This document shows, in pieces, positions 27,798-38,006 of a stretch of 64,000 nucleotides of DNA (its first letter is position 1; every line of letters begins with the position of its first letter). Below the pieces are notes generated by a model, which was not told the DNA's origin, ran no database searches, and saw nothing but the letters and a program-made list of their open reading frames with translations. Location of the stretch: the NCBI GenBank assembly GCA_020348925.1, contig CP070758.1, positions 62,001-126,000 on the forward strand, given 5' to 3'. This DNA comes from Gemmatimonadota bacterium (GTDB lineage Bacteria > JBHIER01 > G020348925). The position numbers were made by a program, and so were the translations under genes.

Positions 27798-30700
27798 TTA
27801 TTTCAGCAGCAACATCTTCTTCGTCTGCCTCACATCGCCCGCTACAAGGCTGTAAAAATAGATACCGCTGGGAACAGGATTTCCAGACGTGTCGCAACCA
27901 TCCCAAGTGACGATGTAATGACCTGACACTCTGGGCATATCCACAAGCGTTCGCACCACTTGTCCGAGGATATTGTACACTTTCACGGTGGTCTGGACGG
28001 GACATCCACTCTCTCCTATCCGGTATCTGATATCCGTTTCAGGATTAAAGGGATTGGGATGGTTCTGAAAGAGCGCAAATCCTTCGGGAACGCCCTGAGA
28101 CAATTCGAGTTCGACATCGGTCGCAAAGGTATCGGGAGGGTCCGTAGTAAATTTAATGGCCATGCCCGAGATCAGGTGGGCAGCCGCTGGGGGATATCTG
28201 TTGGCAAACGTATACTCAAGACCGTCCCCTTGAGTGGGCGATTCGATACCCACTGTGGCGAAATTGCCCGTGGCATCGACGTTGTTCACCGTATGATACT
28301 GAAAGAGGATCTCTCCGTCGCCGGTGTGCGTGGGCCAATATTCGGGATCGTACAGAACGGCTTCCAGTATCTCCATGGAGCTGTCGTAATGGTTCAGAAC
28401 CCGACTCCACTCCACGACAAAGCGATGCTCGTCGGGTTCATAGAGCGAACAGACGTGGATCTCATCGTGCGCCGATCCCGAAACCAATGTGGAATCGAGA
28501 TCGTCCCAGAAAACGGCGATCATACCGTAGGGCCCCAGGGCTGCCGGGATGCCCCAGTTCCGAAAGTCATTCATCCAGCTCTCACCCGGAGCCAGCCAGC
28601 CGTTGGAGCTGACGGTCACCTCATCGTACGCACGGCCGTAGTACCGGAAAGGAAAGGGCAGATCGAGCACGATTTTGTCGTCGTCTCCCAAAATCATCTT
28701 TATCCCCTCCCCCCCGTAATCGGGATCGACCTCGATCCAATCGTAAAAGGGCGCCTCATCATATGCGACATCAGTATGATCGTAAGCGTAATACCCGTAC
28801 GTATCCGGACCCAAAGGATCCGTGGATGCCACCGTTCCTATGGTCAGGGAAAATGATGTCGTGTCCGAAAAAGCATCACGTCCGCTGAGACAGAGCCTCA
28901 GGGTAACAACCCGACCGACGGTCGCCGAAGAGGCGACGCGTAGGGTGAAAGGATCCGACGCGTTCTCCACTGCTTGGCCGACCTGAAGATCGTGGAATGT
29001 CCCGTTCGAATCAATCACAGTTACGGCCGCATTTCCACTTTTCAGAAGACCGGTCACATCGGCCACTGCCAGGAGACCGTCATTCTCAATCATCACAACC
29101 ACATCTGCGCTCTCTCCGGGATCGAGGAGACCGTTTCCGCCACCGTCATCTATGGTATGGCCTGCATATGCGATATTGGCACCGACCACGTCCAGACCGA
29201 ATTCGGAAGAATAACTGTCAAGGTCATCCTTGGTACCCAAGGTAAAACGGATAGTACGACCGTCAGGACAGGAAGGATTCACAACAAATTCAAAACTCTC
29301 GGTACCGGTGCTGGTATACCCCGGACCTACGTTCCCAAAACTCACCACAGCATTCGTAATCGTAACGAGCGGATCCGACGTTTTCAGAGTGCCTGTGACG
29401 GCAATGGCAATATGTGCGGTGCCGTAATTTTTCACTGTGAGGGGTAAGAGAATCGCCTCTCCCGGATTCACCATCCCATTGTCGTTTCCAGCACTGTCGT
29501 CGATATCATGATCATAGTACCCGATGTAGCTGCGGTTTTCGGTGACCAGTGCATATCCCACATAGGGGATGCAATTATGGGCCGTTACCGTCACAAACAT
29601 GGTATCCTCGGTCGTCGGCATGATGGCAAAATCTATTCCTCCGCCAGCATCCGTGTAGCCGTGAACGTACACTTCCTCTCCCTTGTGAAGGCAGACGCTT
29701 GCGCCTTCCAGGGGCTCAGCCCCCTCCCCCATCACCGTCACTTCAAAGGTGTTTTCACCCAGGGAGATCTCGGCGGCATGAGAAACTGATAAGTGCTGCG
29801 GCACATCAGTCCACAGGTCAAGACTGGGATCGCCCAGAATGTTGTACACGTGGAAATAGAACTCCACCCAGCCGTCCGGTTCGGCCAGATTGGGAAAGCC
29901 GAGATACAGTTCGAGTTTACCCCGCGCAGCGGCAGCACCCAAGCGGGACAATTGCTCGTCGAACAATCCCCAGTACAAGCCGGCATCGATGGCATTGTTG
30001 TACTTCGTACTCGTGTACAGGTCGCTGGGGCCGAAGAAGGCCACGCCGCCCTTGGGCTGCATGGGTGTGCCGGCCCGGAGCCAGACTTCGCCGAAACAGG
30101 GATCGACCGTCTGATTCCCGAAATCACCGGAGTTACAGACAATGGACGTCATGACCGGCAGCATGAATCCGTTGTTCAGGATGAGAATATCATCCGTCTT
30201 GAAATTCGGATAGTGCCAGCCGTTGGCGTCGCCCCAGCCGCGGTAGTTGACGATTCCTACCCCCCGGTTGATGGACGCCGAGATGAGTTGCGGGCCGGTC
30301 GTGGGGGGATAGAAGACCGTATCCACCTCCGTGTAGCCGTAGTTCAGCATCTTCTCCCGGAGCCACAGGGACGTCAACCTCGGCGTGGTCGGTATGGGCG
30401 GGGTTTCACTGTAGTTGCCGGCAATAACCAGAGCCCTCTTGAACCAGGCGGTCTGGGTCAGGTACGGTTCCCGTTCGTAGCTCAGGATTTTATTGACCGT
30501 GACGACGAGATCATAGGCCGAGTCCACCGATAAACGCCCCACCAGAAGATCCGAAAAGTAGTCATCACCCTCCAACAGGCTGTAGGGATGATCGGTGACG
30601 TCCGCATCTCCCCCGCCTGGAGGTTGTTTGTAGAAGGTGCGAAACTCCCCGACGCCCTGCATGTGCGTGTCGCCCACGAGCAGAACGTACTCAGGGGGGA

Positions 30701-31556
30701 TCTCCCAGTTGAGGTAGGCATCAAGAACGAACGCCCGTATGTCATTGCCGGTTGGATCCGATCCGATGTCCGACAACCTGACGACCAGGGTGGGCCAACC
30801 GTTGCGGTGCTTCCAGTCGGCCAGAGGCTGGATGTGTTCGGCAAAGGCATCGTGGGTGATGATGAGAAAACTCCCTCGGTGGTACTCCGCAACACCTCGA
30901 CAGACATTACTGTAATTCAAGATCACATTTTCATATATCCCTCGAAAAGCCTCCGAGAGCCGGCGCGATGTCTCAGCTGCTGCTTCGGTCACGGGTGCCG
31001 AATACGTCAGCTCAATCACGATTCTTTTATAGACGAGTAACTCATCTCTTTCATTATGATATCGCATCGGATATATCATGACCGGCGCCACGCGAAAATC
31101 CCTCATCGCACCCGCGGCTCCAACCGCCGCAATCTCCTCCGGCCAGAACCCGTCCCGGCTGCGAACTTCCGATTCGACGATACCTGTTTTGAGTTTGATG
31201 TTTGAGACGATGTCGTATTCATATCCCAGGATCCTCAGGCCGACGTCTCCATCATCAGGAACGGCCACCAGCTTTGCAATAAACGGTAGTCCTGGCCTCC
31301 CCTCTACGCCGGTCAAGGTACAATCGGGCATTCGGATCGTCTGATACATTTCCCCTTGCGCGGTCTCTTCACGGATCTCGAAGCCCGGAATCTCCACCTC
31401 CAGGATCGTCCCGACGTTGTCCGAACGCTGAACAGTTATGAGGGGGGCATTCCCTTCGCTATGAGTATTCAGCTCGTACCATTCCGCTTGTGTGATCGAA
31501 CAGAATAATAGAAGTAGACAAATAATAACGAAAAGATTTCTTGTCGCAGGAATCAT
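27798..31556 (-). CDS. C25 (gingipain-like) peptidase family protein with propeptide, Ig-like domains and CTD
   Basis: Signal peptide, propeptide (GRPGLP), LADWKHRNG, EYVLLVGD, VGRLSVDS, VNYRGWG, SIVCNSGDF, CFGEVWLR, YNILGDPSL; tail QNHPNPFNP...KKMLLLK. Confidence 0.9.
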   Translation of the reverse strand: MIPATRNLFVIICLLLLFCSITQAEWYELNTHSEGNAPLITVQRSDNVGTILEVEIPGFEIREETAQGEMYQTIRMPDCTLTGVEGRPGLPFIAKLVAVPDDGDVGLRILGYEYDIVSNIKLKTGIVESEVRSRDGFWPEEIAAVGAAGAMRDFRVAPVMIYPMRYHNERDELLVYKRIVIELTYSAPVTEAAAETSRRLSEAFRGIYENVILNYSNVCRGVAEYHRGSFLIITHDAFAEHIQPLADWKHRNGWPTLVVRLSDIGSDPTGNDIRAFVLDAYLNWEIPPEYVLLVGDTHMQGVGEFRTFYKQPPGGGDADVTDHPYSLLEGDDYFSDLLVGRLSVDSAYDLVVTVNKILSYEREPYLTQTAWFKRALVIAGNYSETPPIPTTPRLTSLWLREKMLNYGYTEVDTVFYPPTTGPQLISASINRGVGIVNYRGWGDANGWHYPNFKTDDILILNNGFMLPVMTSIVCNSGDFGNQTVDPCFGEVWLRAGTPMQPKGGVAFFGPSDLYTSTKYNNAIDAGLYWGLFDEQLSRLGAAAARGKLELYLGFPNLAEPDGWVEFYFHVYNILGDPSLDLWTDVPQHLSVSHAAEISLGENTFEVTVMGEGAEPLEGASVCLHKGEEVYVHGYTDAGGGIDFAIMPTTEDTMFVTVTAHNCIPYVGYALVTENRSYIGYYDHDIDDSAGNDNGMVNPGEAILLPLTVKNYGTAHIAIAVTGTLKTSDPLVTITNAVVSFGNVGPGYTSTGTESFEFVVNPSCPDGRTIRFTLGTKDDLDSYSSEFGLDVVGANIAYAGHTIDDGGGNGLLDPGESADVVVMIENDGLLAVADVTGLLKSGNAAVTVIDSNGTFHDLQVGQAVENASDPFTLRVASSATVGRVVTLRLCLSGRDAFSDTTSFSLTIGTVASTDPLGPDTYGYYAYDHTDVAYDEAPFYDWIEVDPDYGGEGIKMILGDDDKIVLDLPFPFRYYGRAYDEVTVSSNGWLAPGESWMNDFRNWGIPAALGPYGMIAVFWDDLDSTLVSGSAHDEIHVCSLYEPDEHRFVVEWSRVLNHYDSSMEILEAVLYDPEYWPTHTGDGEILFQYHTVNNVDATGNFATVGIESPTQGDGLEYTFANRYPPAAAHLISGMAIKFTTDPPDTFATDVELELSQGVPEGFALFQNHPNPFNPETDIRYRIGESGCPVQTTVKVYNILGQVVRTLVDMPRVSGHYIVTWDGCDTSGNPVPSGIYFYSLVAGDVRQTKKMLLLK

Positions 31557-31591
31557 AAAAACGGCTCTCCTCTCCCTGATTGGTATCGAAG

Positions 31592-31947
31592 TTAGTACAT
31601 CGGGTCATATCCGTGAAACTCAAGGGCCTCGGGTCCAAGCTTCGCATGGCGCGTCCCCGGTGCACATTCACCCGTACCAAGAATCACGTCCACGATGCCC
31701 ATCACGTCGTAAACGTCAATCCGCCCGTCGTCATTACAATCGGCCAGACACAATCCATCGTCTTCGAGATGTTCAATCCCTAATATGTGTCTCACCGCCA
31801 ATAAAACATCCAGGATATTGAAAGTTCCATCGCCGTTCACATCCCCCCTGTCTCCCCCCCCGCCACCGGATACTCCCCCGCCACAGATACGATCATCAGC
31901 CACGCACCACCCGTCATCGTTCACGGAGCCGTCGGTCAGCCGCCGAC
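31592..31947 (-). CDS. C-terminal fragment of a dockerin-containing protein (5' end lost in gap)
   Basis: ...TDGSVNDDGW...GGGGGDRGDVNGDGTFNILDV...ADCNDDGRIDVYDV. Confidence 0.65.
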
Positions 31948-32047
31948 NNNNNNNNNNNNNNNNNNNNNNNNNNNNNNNNNNNNNNNNNNNNNNNNNNNNN
32001 NNNNNNNNNNNNNNNNNNNNNNNNNNNNNNNNNNNNNNNNNNNNNNN
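31948..32047. other. Assembly gap (100 N)
   Basis: Joins a dockerin gene end to a truncated atpD. Confidence 0.99.
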
Positions 32048-32477
32048 ACGGTGGGGGCCTGTGAATGGGATAGAACTTTTCCGTCTCAACCGGACCAATC
32101 TTATCAATAGGCTCCCCTAACAGATTGAACAATCGTCCCAGAGTTGCAGGACCCACGGGCATCTGGATTGGCGCGCCCGTATCCACCGCCCGAATACCCC
32201 GAACGAGCGTGTCCGTCGAGGACATGGCGATGCAACGGACGACGTTCTGTCCCAAGTACTGAGATACCTCGACAACGAGATCGACATTCCGCTCCTTATC
32301 TTCGATCGTAATGGCATTGTAAATGGGCGGCAGCTCGTCGCACAAAAACTCCACATCCACCACCGGTCCCATCACCTGGACCACTTTTCCCACCTTCTCC
32401 TCATCCCGATCCACGCACTCGGGTACGTCCCACCCTTTGGGTTTTTTTTCATCAAAAGACATGGCACTCATATTCAT
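32048..32477 (-). CDS. atpD: F1 ATP synthase beta subunit, N-terminal part
   Basis: [15 protein letters not shown]...[10 protein letters not shown]...[19 protein letters not shown]...PIHRPPP; truncated by gap. Confidence 0.95.
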
Positions 32478-33346
32478 CTCACCTCTTTTAATGCCTCAGC
32501 CCCTGAGACGATTTCCAATATTTCTTTCGTAATGGCCGCCTGTCTAGCCTTATTGTATGTCAATGTCAGCTCCGATATCATCTCCTCGGCATTCTCCGTG
32601 GCACCCTTCATGGCCACCATCCTCGCCCCCTGCTCACTGGCCGCCGATTCCAAGAGCGCACCATAGACCTGGGCCTCGAGATAGCGCGGCAGAAGCGACA
32701 GAACGATCTCCTCGGCGGTGGGCTCGAAGATGGGCTCGCCGGTTGTGACTGCAGCACCTTCTTCGCCCTTCGGGCTCTCCATGGGAAGAAGCTTGAGCCT
32801 TGTTGGGGTGGATGACATGGCCGTCTTGAACTGGGTGAAGAAGAGATGGACCTCGTCGTACAGCTCCTCGGTATACCACTTCGTCAACCCATCCACAACG
32901 CGCTGCGTCACGTCAAAGGCCTCCTGCAGTGAGGGTTGAGGATAATATTCATGTATATCGTACTCTCTTCTGGAGTAATAGTTGTAACCTTTCTTTCCGA
33001 TGAGAATGAGCCGGATCTTTTTTTCAGAAACGGAAGGGACAAATTGGTTGAACTCGCGAAGGATGTTCGTATTATACGCCCCGCACAAGCCCCGGTCCGA
33101 TGTGATGAGCACGAGGCCGATATTCCTCGGCTCCCTTTTCACAAGAAGCGGATGTGTCAGGTTGGGCACCGCCGCCACGAGCTCCTGAAGCAACTCCCGA
33201 ATCAGGGTTCGGTACGGTCTGGCCTTGAACACGCGCCCCTCAACCCGTTTGAACCGTGAAGCGGCCACCATCTGCATGGCCCGGGTGATCTGCTGGATGC
33301 TCTTCACCGTCCTGATTCTGCGCCGTATTTCCCGGGTACCCTGCAT
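32474..33346 (-). CDS. atpG: F1 ATP synthase gamma subunit
   Basis: [44 protein letters not shown]. Confidence 0.97.
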   Translation of the reverse strand: MQGTREIRRRIRTVKSIQQITRAMQMVAASRFKRVEGRVFKARPYRTLIRELLQELVAAVPNLTHPLLVKREPRNIGLVLITSDRGLCGAYNTNILREFNQFVPSVSEKKIRLILIGKKGYNYYSRREYDIHEYYPQPSLQEAFDVTQRVVDGLTKWYTEELYDEVHLFFTQFKTAMSSTPTRLKLLPMESPKGEEGAAVTTGEPIFEPTAEEIVLSLLPRYLEAQVYGALLESAASEQGARMVAMKGATENAEEMISELTLTYNKARQAAITKEILEIVSGAEALKEVR

Positions 33347-33351
33347 CAGTA

Positions 33352-33540
33352 GAAATCCAAAATCCTAAATTCAAAAGTTAAAAAAGATAATGTGTCATTC
33401 CGGCCGTAGTACCGGAATCTCTTTAACATTGATGATATCCAGCAAATTGAGGAGATTCCCGCATACGCAGGAATGACATAAGGTGTTTTATCCTCAGTAT
33501 AGAAAAAAGTTCGAATTTCGATATTCGAAATTCGGATTTA
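33352..33540. repeat. Nested inverted repeat element: heptamer arms enclosing a REP-like pair
   Basis: AAATCCAAAATCCTAAATTCAAA ... TGTCATTCCGGC-CCGGAATCTC / GAGATTCCCGC-GCAGGAATGACA ... TTCGAATTTCGATATTCGAAATTCGGATTT. Confidence 0.7.
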
Positions 33541-35067
33541 TTCTGCTGCAACTTCCCCCACCGCGATCTTCTTATATTCCTCCACCGCCCCCTTGAGCTT
33601 GGTTTTGAGTTCGTCAGTCAACTCTCGCTTAGTTTTGATCTCCTCACCGATCTGAGGGTACCGATCCTTCATGAAGACATGAAACTCACGCTCGATATCT
33701 TTCACTTTTCCCAGAGGGACATCGTCGAGATATGCGTTCTCCGCAGCCCAGATGATCATCACTTGTTCCTCCACCGGCATGGGCTCGTACTGGGGCTGTT
33801 TTAAAATCTCCACCAGCCGCTCACCCCTGTTCAACTGGGCCTGGGTCACTTTGTCTAATTCCGAGCCGAACCTGGCGAAAGCCGCCAACTCATGATACTG
33901 GGCCATTTCCAGCCGAAGTTGTCCTGCCACCCCCTTCATGGCCTTGCTCTGGGCCTTTCCTCCGACGCGGGAGACGGACAGGCCGACGCTCACGGCCGGG
34001 CGGACGCCGGCGAAAAAGAGGTCGCTTTCCAGATAGATCTGACCGTCTGTGATAGAGATGACGTTCGTGGGAATATATGCCGAATAGTCGCCGGCTTGAG
34101 TCTCGACAATCGGCAAAGCGGTCAGCGATCCCCCTCCCAACTCGTCGCTCAGTTTGGCAGCCCGTTCCAGGAGGCGTGAGTGCAGGTTAAAGATGTCACC
34201 GGGGAACGCCTCACGGCCAGGCGGACGACGGAGGAGAAGGGAGACCTGGCGATAGGCCACGGCATGCTTATAGAGATCATCGTAGACGACGAGGACGTGT
34301 CCGCCCTTGTCCCGAATCTCCTCACCCATGGCACATCCGGCGTAGGGAGCGATGTAAGATAAGGGCGCCGGCTCGCTGGCGTTGGCGGAGACGACGGTGG
34401 TATACTCCATGGCCCCGTATCGCTGAAAGGTATCGATAACATTGGCCACGGTCGATTGCTTCTGACCGATGGCCACATAGATGCAATAAACATCGGTGTC
34501 CCTCTGATTCAGAACGGTATCAATGACGATAGCCGTCTTGCCTGTCTGGCGGTCGCCGATGATGAGCTCCCTCTGGCCGCGCCCGATGGGGATCATGGAG
34601 TCGATACACTTTAACCCTGTCTGAAGCGGCTCGTTCACCGGTTGCCGTTCGACGACGTTCGGCGCCATACCCTCGACAGGACGAAATGTCGTGGTGGTTA
34701 TGGGTCCCTTTCCGTCCAGAGGCTGACCCAGGGAGTTCACCACCCTGCCTATGAGAGCGTCGCCTACAGGAACCTGGAGCACGTTGCCCGTGCGCTTCAC
34801 CCTCTGACCCTGATCGATGTGGGCAAACTCACCCAGGATCATGGCTCCGACCTCATCCCTCTCGAGGTTCAGCACCATGCCGTAGATTCCCCTGTCGAAC
34901 TGGAGCATCTCCGAGGCCATGGCATTAGGCAAGCCCTTGATTCTGGCGATGCCGTCCCCCGCCTCGATCACCTCACCAATCTCGTCTACGGAGACCTCAA
35001 TCCTGTACTTTTCGATATGTTTTTTCAATACGGCCGATATCTCTTCCGGTGCTATTTTCAATTCCAT
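33538..35067 (-). CDS. atpA: F1 ATP synthase alpha subunit
   Basis: [47 protein letters not shown]. Confidence 0.98.
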   Translation of the reverse strand: MELKIAPEEISAVLKKHIEKYRIEVSVDEIGEVIEAGDGIARIKGLPNAMASEMLQFDRGIYGMVLNLERDEVGAMILGEFAHIDQGQRVKRTGNVLQVPVGDALIGRVVNSLGQPLDGKGPITTTTFRPVEGMAPNVVERQPVNEPLQTGLKCIDSMIPIGRGQRELIIGDRQTGKTAIVIDTVLNQRDTDVYCIYVAIGQKQSTVANVIDTFQRYGAMEYTTVVSANASEPAPLSYIAPYAGCAMGEEIRDKGGHVLVVYDDLYKHAVAYRQVSLLLRRPPGREAFPGDIFNLHSRLLERAAKLSDELGGGSLTALPIVETQAGDYSAYIPTNVISITDGQIYLESDLFFAGVRPAVSVGLSVSRVGGKAQSKAMKGVAGQLRLEMAQYHELAAFARFGSELDKVTQAQLNRGERLVEILKQPQYEPMPVEEQVMIIWAAENAYLDDVPLGKVKDIEREFHVFMKDRYPQIGEEIKTKRELTDELKTKLKGAVEEYKKIAVGEVAAE

Positions 35068-35126
35068 CTCAAATATCCCTTTTGGGCTAAAATCCGATTA
35101 TAGCGTTCATTATTTACATTCTTTTT

Positions 35127-35360
35127 ACAACCCCCTAAATCCCCCTTTCATAAGGGGGACTTTTAAGGGTGTGCCCTTCTATAAGGGGACTTTTAAGGGT
35201 GTGGCCCTTTGATACGTGGAATTTTCAATGTGTGCCCTTTCATAAGAGGAACTCTAAAGTATAGAGATTTTTTATTAAGAGATTTCTATGTAATACTCCT
35301 GAGCTATAAAGAAATCTGTACTTATTCCCCCCTATTAAGGGGGGATACAGGGGGGTGTTA
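35127..35360. repeat. REPIN-like element with decaying ~30 bp tandem repeats
   Basis: CCCCCTAAATCCCCCTTTCATAAGGGGGAC and inverted partner CCCCCCTATTAAGGGGGGATACAGGGGGG; internal unit CCCTTTCATAAGGGGGACTTTTAAGGGTGTG repeated ~4 times. Confidence 0.7.
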
Positions 35361-35437
35361 CTTTTTACTTCTCTCTCAGTAATAATTTTATCCTCGCCAT
35401 AAAAAGTGCTCACGGAATGCTCTCTTTCTTCAAGGGC

Positions 35438-35980
35438 TCACAATCTCTTAATCATTGCTGAGCGAAGTCCCTGAAGTTTTTTAGACACGCACCCATCAAT
35501 AATCTTGTCCCCGATTCGAACGATGGCTCCTCCAAGAATAGATCCGTCCACCATCTGTTTCAGATAGACCTTCTTGTTGACCCGTTTGGACAAAACACCT
35601 CTGAGTTTATCGGCCATCTCCTCCGTCAAAGGTACGGCCGTTATTACTTCAGCCGTTACCTGTCCCCTGAAGGCGCTGGCTAAATCGGCAAAGACCTCGA
35701 CGATACCGGGCAGGAGACGATGCCTTCCTTGTTCGACGGCCGTATACACGAGGTTCAAGGTCAATGGCGATACCTTGCCGGCAAACAACTCTGCCACAGC
35801 ACTCCTCTTACCCCCAACGGTCACTGAGGGATCGTCGAGAAATTCCCTCAGTTCGTACTCTTTGTTGAGGATCTTCTGGAGCTCGTACAATTCACTCTCG
35901 ACCCTGTCCACAGCATCCTCAGCCTCGGCAATCCGAAAGAGGGCCTCGGCGTATGCCTGGGCGATGGGATCACTGGGCAT
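35438..35980 (-). CDS. atpH: ATP synthase delta subunit
   Basis: AQAYAEALF, VITAVPL, SILGGAIVRIGDKIIDG. Confidence 0.95.
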   Translation of the reverse strand: MPSDPIAQAYAEALFRIAEAEDAVDRVESELYELQKILNKEYELREFLDDPSVTVGGKRSAVAELFAGKVSPLTLNLVYTAVEQGRHRLLPGIVEVFADLASAFRGQVTAEVITAVPLTEEMADKLRGVLSKRVNKKVYLKQMVDGSILGGAIVRIGDKIIDGCVSKKLQGLRSAMIKRL

Positions 35981-36464
35981 CGACTTCCCCTATGCTCGAA
36001 ATGTACTCTTCCAAAAGTTTCTCATGGTCCTTTAAACTGAGGGATCTGTCGATCACTTTCGACGCCGCCATAATGGACAGGTCGGCGATCTGCTCGCGAA
36101 GTTCGGACAAAGCGCGTTCCTTTTCGAAAGCGATCTGTTCCTGGGCCCGTTTTACAACCTGAGCCGATTCATCATTGGCCTTAGTGACCATCTCCTTCCT
36201 CGCCTGCTCCCCGAGGGTCTTTCCCTCGTCAATAATCTTCTTCGCCTCATCCCGCGCTTTATCGATAAGCTTTTTATATTGCTCGTAAAGCTCTTCGGCC
36301 GATTCGCGGGTCCGCTTCGCCTCCTCGATGGACTCCTTTATGGTTTCCTCACGCCGGTGCATCATACCGACGAGGGGCTTGTAGGCAAACTTCCGCAATA
36401 AAACGAGCAGTATAACGAAGGAGATGACAGTCCAAATCATCAGACCGGGTTCCGCTTCAAACAC
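35970..36464 (-). CDS. atpF: ATP synthase Fo subunit b
   Basis: PGLMIWTVISFVILLVLLRKFAYKP followed by coiled coil. Confidence 0.95.
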   Translation of the reverse strand: MFEAEPGLMIWTVISFVILLVLLRKFAYKPLVGMMHRREETIKESIEEAKRTRESAEELYEQYKKLIDKARDEAKKIIDEGKTLGEQARKEMVTKANDESAQVVKRAQEQIAFEKERALSELREQIADLSIMAASKVIDRSLSLKDHEKLLEEYISSIGEVDAQ

Positions 36465-36525
36465 CTTTTTTCCCTCCTATTAGACCGTACCGTGTCCTCC
36501 GAATCCTCAGCACGGTTGTCCCGTA

Positions 36526-36753
<228 letters not shown>

Positions 36754-36764
36754 TTAATCCTCCT

Positions 36765-37499
36765 TTAATGTTCGATATGGATAGCGGCGCTGATGTACAT
36801 GGCCGCCAGAATAGTAAAAATGTATGCTTGAATGCCAGCCACAAAAATCTCAAAGGCGCTCATAACCACCACTCCAGTCAGGGGCAGTATCGCGAAAATG
36901 AAACTCTTCAGAGAAAGAATAAGGAACAGAAAGACGAGAATCACCCCGTGACCTGCCAGCATGTTGGCAAAAAGACGAATGGCCAGGGAAAACGGCTTAG
37001 CAAATTGGCTAATGATCTCTATGGGAATCATGATGGGCAGAATCCAGAGGGGGATACCCGAGGGGATGAACCCCTTCAGATACTTAATGGGACCGTGTTT
37101 ATAGACACCGACCCCTTGAACGGCAAGGAAGACCATGATCGCCAGTGCCGCTGTCACGTTGATGTTGGACGTGGCCGTGAAAGAGCCGGGAATGAGGCCC
37201 AGAAGATTGCAGATCAAAATGAAGAGAAAGAGGGTGGCAATAAAGGGAAACCAGGGTAATCCCTCCTTGCCCATCGTCTCCAGAACGAGGCTGTTTCTCA
37301 AAAAGTTTATGATGACCTCCATGATGTTCTGGAGACCGGAAGGTATGAGCCGGCTCCGCCTCGTTGCAATAATCGAGAGAATAAAAAGAAGGGCACAGGC
37401 GACCCACATCATGATGACGGCTTTTGTGATTGACATATCGATCCCAAAGAGATGCAGTTCCACGATGGGGTGAAGCTCAAAATGTTCTAATAAGTGCAC
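36765..37499 (-). CDS. atpB: ATP synthase Fo subunit a
   Basis: NLLGLIP, SLAIRLFANMLAGH, IQAYIFTIL. GTG start 7 nt after GGAGG. Confidence 0.95.
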   Translation of the reverse strand: MHLLEHFELHPIVELHLFGIDMSITKAVIMMWVACALLFILSIIATRRSRLIPSGLQNIMEVIINFLRNSLVLETMGKEGLPWFPFIATLFLFILICNLLGLIPGSFTATSNINVTAALAIMVFLAVQGVGVYKHGPIKYLKGFIPSGIPLWILPIMIPIEIISQFAKPFSLAIRLFANMLAGHGVILVFLFLILSLKSFIFAILPLTGVVVMSAFEIFVAGIQAYIFTILAAMYISAAIHIEH

Positions 37500-37524
37500 T
37501 ACACATCCTCCCATGTCCACACAT

Positions 37525-37563
37525 GAGCAGAGGAGCAGAGGTGCTGGGGTGCTGGGGTGCTGA
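37525..37563. repeat. Octamer tandem repeats downstream of the four-helix-bundle gene
   Basis: GAGCAGAG GAGCAGAG GTGCTGGG GTGCTGGG GTGCTG; inverted counterpart at 38003-38041. Confidence 0.75.
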
Positions 37564-37604
37564 TGAGTATGTACGATAATTTTCTATTATTTCCGTTCTG
37601 CATC

Positions 37605-38006
37605 TCAAGCCCTCTTCATAAGCCAAGGTTGTGGATTCGTAATCATGTTCACCCGTTTTCCTATGATCCAATCATACGTCTGGTAAAGTTCATTCGCAAT
37701 GTCCTTTTTCAAATAACCACATTTTTCGGAAAATTCCAACCACGTTTGCGTTTCAGCTGCCTCAGCTTCTGATTCATTCAACTTATTAACAAACGCAGCT
37801 TCATATCGCCTTCTGCGCCAGGCTTCGGCGATGTTTGCGCAAACCGATCTTGATGACTTGCGAATTTGATCTGTTAATGAATATTGTTCTTCCTTTGGGA
37901 AATCCGTGGTTACCTTAAAAATTTTCATTGCTGCTTTGAAAGCCAATTTGTAAACCTCCAATTCACGATGAGTTTGAATAGCTTTCTTCCGCTCCAATAC
38001 TGTCAC
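37605..38006 (-). CDS. Four helix bundle protein (23S rRNA intervening-sequence protein family)
   Basis: LEVYK, FPKEEQYSLTDQIRKSSRSVCANIAEAW, EAAETQTWL. Confidence 0.92.
   Translation of the reverse strand: MTVLERKKAIQTHRELEVYKLAFKAAMKIFKVTTDFPKEEQYSLTDQIRKSSRSVCANIAEAWRRRRYEAAFVNKLNESEAEAAETQTWLEFSEKCGYLKKDIANELYQTYDWIIGKRVNMITNPQPWLMKRA

Noticed and set aside
27730-28005. N-terminal extension of PgsB in the ORF track
   Set aside because: Overlaps the C25 tail out of frame; homology starts at the TM helix after ATG 27729/27723.
31592-32477. ORF-track proteins spanning N gaps (31592-32107, 31914-32477, 39171-40412, 42718-45189)
   Set aside because: Artefacts of translating through N runs; the two sides belong to different genes.
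35127-35280. CRISPR array
   Set aside because: The ~30 bp units are directly adjacent with no unique spacers, and there are no cas genes.
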